This document shows positions 14,754-22,305 of a DNA stretch of 24,000 nt, piece by piece. The DNA is taken from the NCBI GenBank assembly GCA_030612265.1, contig JAUWOE010000011.1, forward strand, positions 10,606 through 34,605. Reading direction: 5' to 3'. The DNA comes from Promethearchaeum sp. (GTDB taxonomy: Archaea; Asgardarchaeota; Lokiarchaeia; Sigyniarchaeales; Promethearchaeaceae). The number at the start of each line of letters is the position of its first letter. Position 1 is the first letter of the stretch. Position numbers and translations under genes: made by a program. The notes under the pieces are model-generated. The model did not search any database, was not told the DNA's origin, and was given only the letters and a program-made list of their open reading frames with translations.

Positions 14754-15140
14754 CTAAGGATATAATTCTGCAATTTTTCCAGCGTAGTATCGAAATACCG
14801 TAACAGTTTTGCCAAGATCTTGAATAGTTCGACTTGCACCTATTAAAAAAAACCTACCAGCAGAAGATAGTACCATAAAGCTTTTTCTACCGCGTAAGAC
14901 AACTTCAATTAATTTATTGTATCCTATTTTGGTTACAGACTCCTCACCGCTTTGTAATAGAACTGCGCCCATTGCACAAAGTGAATCTGGATTGATTTGA
15001 TTTGCGCTAGGAATCGCTGAATAAGCTAATCTCATTCCTTCTCGGGAAACTAGAGCCAGAGCGTCAAGTTCAGTATTTGATGTTATGTTCGCAAGATAGG
15101 CACTAAGCTCATTAGCGTCGCTTTCGTTTAGTGATGACAT
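14754..15140 (-). CDS. Roadblock/LC7/MglB-family protein
   Basis: 128-aa ORF. LDALALVSREGMRLAYS...PDSLCAMGAVLLQSGEESV...LIEVVLRGRKSFMVLSSAGRFFLIGASRTIQDLGKT matches the Roadblock/LC7 alpha-beta-beta-alpha-beta-beta-beta signature. It lies 74 nt upstream of, and co-oriented with, the vWA gene. Confidence 0.85.
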   Translation of the reverse strand: MSSLNESDANELSAYLANITSNTELDALALVSREGMRLAYSAIPSANQINPDSLCAMGAVLLQSGEESVTKIGYNKLIEVVLRGRKSFMVLSSAGRFFLIGASRTIQDLGKTVTVFRYYAGKIAELYP

Positions 15141-15168
15141 AATTGTTCAATTCTTATTTCTGTTTTAG

Positions 15169-15178
15169 AATAAAAAAA
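15169..15178 (-). promoter_or_regulatory. TATA-like box for the Roadblock gene, probably a leaderless or very short leader transcript
   Basis: The minus strand reads TTTTTTTATT about 29-38 nt upstream of the ATG at 15140. No Shine-Dalgarno-like purine run lies between it and the ATG. Confidence 0.3.
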
Positions 15179-15622
15179 GGTTGTGTTTTTTTTTTTTTTA
15201 ACACGCTTTAGAAATACCAGCCTCGTTTCTTAATTTAAATCATTTCTTCAATTAAAATTTGTCGTATCTCGATTTTTTGCAGTTTGGCGAATTTTCATTG
15301 ATTCGATAGAAATTCCTTATAAAATTTTCATCGAATCTCTCATTGCTAATAATTTTAATTTTATTATTCCTAAAAATTATTTCATGATTTTAAGCCTGTT
15401 TTTGAGGGGGACGAAAATTTTCATATATTCATTTCTTCTTGAATTTCTTCACCAAAACCACAAAAACCCCCACAATTGAAAGAAACGGGACTCCGGAATA
15501 AAGAGTAATAAGTAGATTGCTTTCAAGGTTATATTTATCCAATGGGATGGTTAGAAGCTTGGGCCTTAAATTTCTATGTAACACCATGATTTTCCTTCCT
15601 TTTTTATCTTTTTTCTCCCTAT

Positions 15623-16144
15623 TTGCGCGATTGTGTTAATCTTCGCTCTCTCCCTAAAGAACTTGCTTTTTTTCCATTGAAACACATTAAACTTTATAAT
15701 AGCGGTCATCTCATCAAAAATAAAACCAATCTTCCAAAATTGCTTGTAAATTTTGTTCTAATCGATTGGTACTACGGAGATTTCGATTTTAGGAATAGAC
15801 GTAATCGAAAAAAAAATCTTGATTTTGATCTTATTATTGATCGCCTAACACCCGTTTATGAATATCTCCAATTTAATGTTCTTACTAAATTAATTAGCAA
15901 TTTTAGACAAAAAAAAATCCAAATTATACATATTGTAGAACAATGGGCTGAAAAATCAGATAGAGGGACAAAAAAAAAAATTCAAGATTTTATCATCGAA
16001 ATTGCCCGAAAATTAATCTACCTCAAGGATATAAACTTTTCTTATAGTTTGATAACGGAGTTATTTCTGATATCTTCAAATCTTTACCTAAATCTAATCC
16101 CGCTTAAGGAATTCCACCGCAATAACTGTTTTACCTTCAACTAG
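15623..16144 (+). pseudogene. ATG-less 173-codon ORF: probable 5-prime-truncated gene remnant (LRR-like N-terminus) or an orphan CDS
   Basis: The frame is open from 15590 to 16144 but contains no ATG codon, only a TTG at 15623. A stop-free frame this long is unlikely by chance in DNA this AT-rich. The N-terminus LRSLPKELAFFPLKHIKLYNSGHL resembles a leucine-rich-repeat unit. It contains A9, A9 and A11 runs (15808-15816, 15909-15917, 15970-15980). Its 3-prime end overlaps the gelsolin-like gene. Confidence 0.3.
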
Positions 16145-16840
16145 GATTCGTGGGGTATACCCTTCTGCGAAAAATATGCCTTCTGGTAAAGAACTGATCG
16201 GTTCTAAAATGTGTTCTATTTGCTTTTTTCCGAGGAAAACTTGCACTTTTTCACTAACAGAATAGGCAATATTCCCCATTATAACCATTTCTCGATGGAA
16301 TCCTTCAGGAATACCAGCTTCATCGAGAGATTCTATAATTTTATCCAAATCTTGACGAGAAACTATTACCTGTGCCCCATTTGAAGGAATTTTTTGCGAT
16401 CCTGTATATAGGGGTCCAGATTGTTGGATTCCTTCATTATATTTGCTGCTTGACCCAACCATCGGAGCATAACTTCTAGGTTTTGAAGGACCTCCGCCAA
16501 TTTCAAATTTTAATTCCATATCTTCTTTGATTTCTCTGGCAAATCCATCAGTCCTGGGTTGTTCAATTGCACTAAGAAAATCAGGGTAATCGTCTACCTC
16601 ATCTGCATCTATTGAAACGGATTTGTAATTTAATCCAACTTGACCTCTGATCTCTTGAAGTTTATTAGCCCCAATAAATTTGGAACGCACAGTACACTCA
16701 GAACCTTTCCACAAATAAACCACACGGGTGATATCATCACATAAAATGTAGGACTCATTCTTTTCTAATAGAGTTTTAAGGGGAGCATCGGATTTAATTT
16801 CGTGAACTTCTCCGTTGCCTTTAACTAAGAATATTTGCAT
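16094..16840 (-). CDS. Gelsolin/cofilin-fold domain protein: one gelsolin-like domain, a linker, and an unassigned C-terminal domain
   Basis: 248-aa ORF. Residues 1-95 match the gelsolin-repeat core pattern (h-h-h-D.......hh.W.G......EK..A...A..h): LEKNESYILCDDITRVVYLWKGSECTVRSKFIGANKLQEIRGQVGLNYKSVSIDADEVDDYPDFL. Residues ~150-248 are beta-rich and unassigned. The architecture recalls the single-gelsolin-domain-plus-domain-X ('1DGelX') type reported for Asgard archaea. Confidence 0.65.
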   Translation of the reverse strand: MQIFLVKGNGEVHEIKSDAPLKTLLEKNESYILCDDITRVVYLWKGSECTVRSKFIGANKLQEIRGQVGLNYKSVSIDADEVDDYPDFLSAIEQPRTDGFAREIKEDMELKFEIGGGPSKPRSYAPMVGSSSKYNEGIQQSGPLYTGSQKIPSNGAQVIVSRQDLDKIIESLDEAGIPEGFHREMVIMGNIAYSVSEKVQVFLGKKQIEHILEPISSLPEGIFFAEGYTPRILVEGKTVIAVEFLKRD

Positions 16841-16844
16841 TTTT

Positions 16845-16884
16845 CCTCACCGTTTTATTAAATTTTGTAAAAGTAATTTATAAT
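16845..16884 (-). promoter_or_regulatory. Shine-Dalgarno-like site plus TATA-like box of the gelsolin-like gene
   Basis: On the minus strand GGTGAGG (plus-strand CCTCACC, 16845-16851) sits 4 nt upstream of the ATG at 16840. ATTATAAATT (plus-strand AATTTATAAT, 16875-16884) lies about 25 nt further upstream. Confidence 0.35.
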
Positions 16885-16916
16885 TAAATTAGAGTTATTT
16901 TCGCTAAAAAATTTCG

Positions 16917-18476
16917 CTAAAAATTTTTTGATAAGAGAAGTGATTTTAAATTTTTAATTAGATCAGTTGCGAGTATCCTTGGTCCGCTTGATTTTTTAGC
17001 GGATTCACCTAGTAACCCATTTAAATATGCTGCAGAACAAGCACTATTAAATGGTGTGTTTCCGATGGAAAGAAAAGCCGATACTAGTCCAGATAAAACA
17101 TCACCTGTCCCACCAACCGACATTTCAGGGCATCCGCTACGATTTACCCTATAAATACTTTCCTTTTTGGAAATTTTTATAATGTAATCATAGACTCCCT
17201 TTACTAAAAACACCCCTCCAATTTTCTTCAAGATTGAAATCAGTTCTTCACCGTGTTTTTCAATATCATCGAATTTTGGGAGATTTTCAAATTGGACTAA
17301 TGATTTAAGTTCTGCAATGTGTGGTGTTAATACTACTGGGGAATTTTGTAATTTAATTTTGCTCTCTTTGATTAGTTTACCCAACATTTTAATACCATCT
17401 GCATCAACAACACAAGGGATTTTTTGATCAATAATCCATAAGATAAATTTTTCAAAAAATTCAACGGTTTTAGGATCTTGACCCAGTCCGGGACCGATTA
17501 GCACCGTATCAGACCATTGGCTCAATTTTTTTGCTTTGTTAAAATCTAAGTTAGTAAAATTTTTTGCAACACCTTCTTGCACAATTAAATTTGGAGAAAA
17601 ACTTCTTACTACATTTCCAATTCCCTTAGGTACAAAACAAATACATAAATCAATACCTAATTCAAGTGCGGACATTGCCGCAAGTGATGGCGCGCCTGAA
17701 TATGAAGAAGATCCTCCAATCACCAGTAATTTTCCATATTGACCTTTATGGACATCTTTTTTGCGTTTTTTAATTGCAACCTTAATATCTCCATCTCCAA
17801 CAAAAAGACTAGCTTCTATTGGAATTCCAATTGGAGCCACCCAGGTGTTAATATTGGCGAATCCTTGTTTTTTAGCATGGAAAGTTATACATAAATCACA
17901 GTTCACAACTTTATCGGTGATTTTTCCTGTATCTGGATCCATTCCTGAAGGTACATCTACGGAGATTTTTGGTATTTTGCTTTGGTTTATTATATCTATT
18001 GCCGTAGAAATCGGATCTCTTATCTTTCCTTTAATACCTGTTCCCAATAACGCATCAATAATGATATCTGCATTCTTAAACCATTTAGATTTGGAAAGAG
18101 TTTTAAGTTGATTGATATTTTTAGTATAAAAAGCGCGAATTTTTAAAGAAAGAGTATTAACTAATTCCCAATTTAACCTTGTTTCTTCGGTACGTATATG
18201 AATCGGATCCCCTAAGAGTAAAACATTAACAAAAACTCCTCGAGTGGCCAGATGTCTTGCAATACATAGTCCATCCCCACCGTTATTTCCTGTTCCGCAT
18301 AAAATAATTACAGATGATTCTGAATTAAGATTGTATTGTTCATAAATTTTGTTTGTCGCTTGTAAACCTGCACACTCCATCAAATAACCATTTGGTATGC
18401 CTAAACTCGCGCTGTTTGCATCCAATAGAGAGACATCTTTTGCAGTGATTGTATCATTATTAAAATTAAAACTCAT
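16917..18476 (-). CDS. nnr: Bifunctional NAD(P)H-hydrate repair enzyme (NAD(P)HX epimerase / ADP-dependent dehydratase; YjeF_N plus carbohydrate-kinase domains)
   Basis: 519-aa ORF. The N-terminal half carries CGTGNNGGDG. The C-terminal half carries KGQYGKLLVIGGS...GAP.LAA, LTPH..E and GGTGDVLSG, which are typical of YjeF/Nnr. Confidence 0.9.
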   Translation of the reverse strand: MSFNFNNDTITAKDVSLLDANSASLGIPNGYLMECAGLQATNKIYEQYNLNSESSVIILCGTGNNGGDGLCIARHLATRGVFVNVLLLGDPIHIRTEETRLNWELVNTLSLKIRAFYTKNINQLKTLSKSKWFKNADIIIDALLGTGIKGKIRDPISTAIDIINQSKIPKISVDVPSGMDPDTGKITDKVVNCDLCITFHAKKQGFANINTWVAPIGIPIEASLFVGDGDIKVAIKKRKKDVHKGQYGKLLVIGGSSSYSGAPSLAAMSALELGIDLCICFVPKGIGNVVRSFSPNLIVQEGVAKNFTNLDFNKAKKLSQWSDTVLIGPGLGQDPKTVEFFEKFILWIIDQKIPCVVDADGIKMLGKLIKESKIKLQNSPVVLTPHIAELKSLVQFENLPKFDDIEKHGEELISILKKIGGVFLVKGVYDYIIKISKKESIYRVNRSGCPEMSVGGTGDVLSGLVSAFLSIGNTPFNSACSAAYLNGLLGESAKKSSGPRILATDLIKNLKSLLLSKNF

Positions 18477-18565
18477 TAAAATAGAATAAAAAAAATGACC
18501 TTAAATTCAATTCGCATTTAACTTAACCATTAAATTTTCACCACCCAATTTATGGAACAACTAAA

Positions 18566-20449
18566 ATGGAAAATCAATCATCAAAATCAAATAAATGGAA
18601 ACCGATCGAAGGAGATCTTTTCACCCGCTGGGCATCCCAAGTAAGCCCAGAATTACCTTATCCAGAATACCCACGTCCACAAATGATAAGAAGAGAATGG
18701 CACAACCTTAATGGTCTTTGGGATTATGCAATTATCACCAAAAATACTCCAAAAGAAGAAATAACAGAATGGGATGGGGAAATTCTCGTCCCATATCCTG
18801 TAGAATCTGCTTTATCAGGCGTAAAACGAAAATTATTTCCACAACAACATCTTTGGTATCAGCGGACATTTTCTCTTCCAAAAAACTGGGAAGAAAAATT
18901 AAACGACCATCGAATTCTATTACATTTTGGGGGAGTTGATTGGCAAACAACAGTTTGGGTAGATAACCAAGAAGTTTTATTTCATGAAGGTGGCGATATT
19001 CCTTTTTCGGTAGATATAACACCCTATTTAAAAATAATTCATAACAAAAACTCTCAAAATCTCCATGATTTGACAATTAGAGTTTGGGATCCTAGTGACA
19101 AAGGTCGTCAGGAGCGTGGAAAGCAGAAGCTAAAACCACATACAATTTTCTATACTGCAATGAGCGGTATTTGGCAAACAGTTTGGTTAGAGCTGGTTTC
19201 AGATCCATATATTTGCGATTTTCAGTTAACTCCTGATATTGATCGCGAAGAACTAAAGTTAAATTTCAATTTTTCCGGATTTATTGAAAAATTATCTGGT
19301 TTTTCAATAATGGTTGAGGTCTTAGAAAATGAAACTCAAATCTCTACAAAAAAAATAAATGTGGGCGATTTAAATGATAATTTTACAATTCCACTAACAA
19401 ATCCGAGACTTTGGTCTCCTTCTTCTCCATTCTTATATGATTTAAAGATATTTTTGATAAAAAATGGAAATGTAGATGGAAATGGTGATATAATTGATGA
19501 AATTAAATCATATTTTGGAATGCGAAAAATTTCAATTAATGAAGACATTCAAGGGATTCCACGAATTGAATTAAATAATAAATTTTTATTTCAGTTTGGT
19601 CTATTGGATCAAGGATGGTGGCCAGATGGACTATATACTGCCCCAAATGATCAAGCATTAAAATGGGATTTAGAAATTACAAAAGCGATGGGTTTTAATA
19701 TGGTGCGAAAGCATGTTAAAATTGAACCTGCGCGATGGTATTATCATTGTGATAAACTTGGACTTTTAGTTTGGCAAGACATCCCCTCTGGAGGCGTTTA
19801 CGGTGACTGGAAATGGGGTTTTCAGATGTTAGTTGCGATATGTTTAAAAAAGGCATGGTGGACAGGTCGAAATAAAAAGAGCATCCAAAAAAATTTTTAT
19901 CATGAATTGAAACAAATGGTCTCAACTTTATTCAATTTCCCTAGTATTGTTGTATGGGTTCCTTTTAATGAAGGTTGGGGGCAATTTCACACAAAAGAAG
20001 TAACTGAATATTTAAAATCGATTGATGAAACTAGGTTAATTGATAGCGCTAGCGGTTGGACGGATTATAAATGCGGAAATATTCACACGATTCATCGATA
20101 TCCCGGTCCTGGTATTCCAAAAGTAGAATCAAAAAATGGAAGAGGTTTGGGATTAAGTGAATTTGGTGGTTTTGGTTTAGAAATTCGGGAACACACTTGG
20201 AAAACCAAACGTAAAAAATGGGGATATCGCAAAATTAAATCAATATCGGAATTAAAAACAAAATATTCCCAATTAATAAAAAATTTGAAGCCACTAATCA
20301 AAAAGGGATTAAGCGCAGCAGTTTATACACAAACTACCGATATAGAACAAGAAATAAATGGTTTGATTTCATATGACCGTAAAGTTATAAAATTAGAGCC
20401 AGAATGGCTTAAAAATCTTCATAAAACCTTATATGAAGATGTAAATTAA
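18566..20449 (+). CDS. Glycoside hydrolase family 2 enzyme (beta-galactosidase/beta-mannosidase/beta-glucuronidase-like), cytoplasmic
   Basis: 627-aa ORF. It has an N-terminal sugar-binding-like region (LNGLWDY...LHFGGVDWQTTVWVDNQ), then a TIM barrel: FNMVRKHVKIEP, LGLLVWQDIP, the acid/base motif WVPFNEGWGQ and the nucleophile motif LSEFGGFG. No signal peptide. Confidence 0.8.
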   Translation: MENQSSKSNKWKPIEGDLFTRWASQVSPELPYPEYPRPQMIRREWHNLNGLWDYAIITKNTPKEEITEWDGEILVPYPVESALSGVKRKLFPQQHLWYQRTFSLPKNWEEKLNDHRILLHFGGVDWQTTVWVDNQEVLFHEGGDIPFSVDITPYLKIIHNKNSQNLHDLTIRVWDPSDKGRQERGKQKLKPHTIFYTAMSGIWQTVWLELVSDPYICDFQLTPDIDREELKLNFNFSGFIEKLSGFSIMVEVLENETQISTKKINVGDLNDNFTIPLTNPRLWSPSSPFLYDLKIFLIKNGNVDGNGDIIDEIKSYFGMRKISINEDIQGIPRIELNNKFLFQFGLLDQGWWPDGLYTAPNDQALKWDLEITKAMGFNMVRKHVKIEPARWYYHCDKLGLLVWQDIPSGGVYGDWKWGFQMLVAICLKKAWWTGRNKKSIQKNFYHELKQMVSTLFNFPSIVVWVPFNEGWGQFHTKEVTEYLKSIDETRLIDSASGWTDYKCGNIHTIHRYPGPGIPKVESKNGRGLGLSEFGGFGLEIREHTWKTKRKKWGYRKIKSISELKTKYSQLIKNLKPLIKKGLSAAVYTQTTDIEQEINGLISYDRKVIKLEPEWLKNLHKTLYEDVN

Positions 20450-20483
20450 TCAAATTTTTTATGACACCATAAAAAGGAAAAAG

Positions 20484-21866
20484 ATGAGAAAAATGAATAA
20501 AACTGAAGAAGAAATAGAATCTACCGAACTTCATTCTGAAGAAAAAAAAGGTGTTCTAGTTAAAAAACTTGGAATTAGAACCAGTTTGGTACTATGGATT
20601 TTAGGATTATCGGGTCAAATTGCTTGGGCTGTTGAGAATACATGGTTCAATACATTTATTTATGACGAATTGACTCCAAACCCTGCACCTGTGGCTTGGA
20701 TGGTTGTATTAAGCGCTTTTACTGCCACTGTAACTACATTATTTATGGGAAGTCTAAGTGATCGGACCAAAAGCCGTTTTGGACGCCGTCGACCATATAT
20801 TCTCTTTGGATACATTTTGTGGGGAATCGTCACTATTGTTTTCCCAGGGCCAGCACTTTTGAAAAATGTGGGAATAGCAATAGTGTTAATTGTTATTTTA
20901 GATTCCGTAATGACATTTTTCGGCTCAACGGCAAATGATGCCGCATTTAATGCATGGTCCACGGATATAAGTGATTCTACAAATCGGGGACGCGTTCAAG
21001 GAATACTTTCTGCATCAACATTGATTGCAAATTTAATCGCCTTAGGGGTAGCAGGAATTATAATAGACGAATTTGGATATTTTGTATTTTTCTATATTTT
21101 AGGTGGATCAGTTACGATTTTTGGGGGGATTGCTGGATTAATTTTAAAAGAACCTCCAATATCAGAGGAGGAACTATCTAAAACAAAACCTTCTATATTT
21201 ATTGATATCGTTCAAGCATTTTCGCCTAGTTCTATAAAAAAGCATAAGATTTTATACCTTTTATTTTTGTTTATGGCTATTTCTGGAATTGGAATGCAAA
21301 TTTATTTCCCATATCTATTTATTTATTTGGAACACAACTTAGGGTTTTCAAAAACCATGATTAGCGTGGCTGGAGCAATTATCATCCTTTCTGGAACAAT
21401 AATTGCAATAATTGTTGGGATGATTAGTCATAAATTTAACCGAAAATCTGCATTGATTGTACTACTTATTATTTCAGCAATAAATTTAGCAATATTAAGT
21501 CAATTTAGAGATATGTGGGCGGTGATCGCTATTTACGCGATTAAAATTAGCGTTGATACTGCCATTGGGATATTTCTTATGGCTTGGATCCAAGATAATT
21601 ATCCAAAAAAATCTATCGGGAAATATCAAGGTGTTCGTTTAATATTTATGGTTGCAATTCCAATGATGATTGGTGCACCAATAGGATCTTTCATTATTGA
21701 ACAATTAGGCACACCCGCAATAATCGATGGTAAACAAGGTATAATACCAACATGGGAAAGCCTATTAATTGCTGCAATAGTTTCGATTTTTGCACTGATA
21801 CCACTACTTTTTATCCCGAAAAGTGCTGGAAACATTAAAACTTCAAAAAAAGATAATCATTCTTAA
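20484..21866 (+). CDS. MFS-fold sugar:cation symporter of the GPH/sucrose-transporter (SLC45/SUC)-like type
   Basis: 460-aa ORF with about 12 TM helices. The loop after TM2, GSLSDRTKSRFGRRRPYILFG, matches the (D/S)R...R.GRR(R)P motif of GPH and sucrose/H+ symporter families. It follows the GH2 gene after 34 nt. Confidence 0.75.
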   Translation: MRKMNKTEEEIESTELHSEEKKGVLVKKLGIRTSLVLWILGLSGQIAWAVENTWFNTFIYDELTPNPAPVAWMVVLSAFTATVTTLFMGSLSDRTKSRFGRRRPYILFGYILWGIVTIVFPGPALLKNVGIAIVLIVILDSVMTFFGSTANDAAFNAWSTDISDSTNRGRVQGILSASTLIANLIALGVAGIIIDEFGYFVFFYILGGSVTIFGGIAGLILKEPPISEEELSKTKPSIFIDIVQAFSPSSIKKHKILYLLFLFMAISGIGMQIYFPYLFIYLEHNLGFSKTMISVAGAIIILSGTIIAIIVGMISHKFNRKSALIVLLIISAINLAILSQFRDMWAVIAIYAIKISVDTAIGIFLMAWIQDNYPKKSIGKYQGVRLIFMVAIPMMIGAPIGSFIIEQLGTPAIIDGKQGIIPTWESLLIAAIVSIFALIPLLFIPKSAGNIKTSKKDNHS

Positions 21867-21910
21867 TTTTTTTTATTTGACCATTTTTAATGTATCTATA
21901 ATTACATTAA
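21867..21910 (+). terminator. Oligo-T tract plus hairpin downstream of the transporter gene
   Basis: A T8 run (21867-21874) starts immediately after the stop codon TAA (21864-21866). It is followed by a perfect 8-bp inverted repeat, TTAATGTA (21887-21894) and TACATTAA (21903-21910), with an 8-nt loop. Confidence 0.4.
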
Positions 21911-22028
21911 GAAATTCGCTTAGAAAAGCTGTTCAACAAGAATTTGTAGATGATTTGGAAAGAAATTCAAAGTATATAGACTAGATTTTGAAATTTCGAG
22001 AATTTTGAGAATTTTAAAATTCCAATTA

Positions 22029-22061
22029 TTTTTATACTTGTATTGAATATATATTGAATAT
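22029..22061 (+). promoter_or_regulatory. vapBC promoter (TATA-like box with leaderless spacing) and phased direct repeats, a possible autoregulatory operator
   Basis: TTTTTATA at 22029-22036 lies about 26 nt upstream of the ATG at 22060. TATTGAATAT occurs at 22041-22050 and 22052-22061 (11-nt period), and the second copy overlaps the start codon. Confidence 0.4.
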
Positions 22062-22305
22062 GGTATCTCACCAAGTTTCAATAAGAGATGATGTTTATCA
22101 GAAATTGATAAAACTAAAAAAAGATGATGAAAGTTTTTCGGATTTAATAGATCGATTATCGCGTCAAGCAAAAGGTACTTGGGATTTATTAGAAGAACTA
22201 AATGGGATCGCAGGTTCTGATGATTTAGAACTTGAGAAATCAATAATTGAGAATAGATCTGTACTTGAAAAAGTCTTCCAGAAACGACTTGGAATAGATG
22301 AGTAG
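22060..22305 (+). CDS. vapB: VapB-type antitoxin (archaeal 'putative antitoxin' family)
   Basis: MVSHQVSIRDDVYQKLIKLKKDDESFSDLIDRLS matches the archaeal VapB pattern (I.I.DdvY..L..lK....SFSd.I..L). It lies immediately upstream of, and overlaps, a PIN gene. The track start at 22054 is a TTG, so the ATG at 22060 is preferred. Confidence 0.75.
   Translation: MVSHQVSIRDDVYQKLIKLKKDDESFSDLIDRLSRQAKGTWDLLEELNGIAGSDDLELEKSIIENRSVLEKVFQKRLGIDE

Noticed and set aside
15183-15206. T14 run flanked by GTGTT / AACAC as a possible terminator hairpin or structured RNA
   Set aside because: The stem is only 5 bp with a 14-nt all-U loop, and no plus-strand gene ends upstream of it. It is more likely part of the AT-rich promoter or spacer region of the Roadblock gene.
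15289-15425. A recurring AATTTTCAT motif (three copies) and a GATTCGAT/ATCGAATC inverted repeat, considered as a mini-array or ncRNA
   Set aside because: The copies are short, irregularly spaced and made of AT-only palindromic words that are expected by chance at this base composition. There is no repeat-spacer periodicity, so this is not CRISPR-like.
17536-18111. Two plus-strand ORFs (68 and 116 aa) inside nnr
   Set aside because: Both are antisense to the strongly supported Nnr gene, and neither has recognisable motifs.
18718-20301. Five short ORFs (69-113 aa, both strands) within the GH2 gene
   Set aside because: All are nested in or antisense to the GH2 CDS, which carries the family's catalytic motifs in its own frame.
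20660-21835. Two minus-strand ORFs (100 and 69 aa) within the transporter gene
   Set aside because: They are antisense to a 12-TM transporter CDS with its family signature motif.
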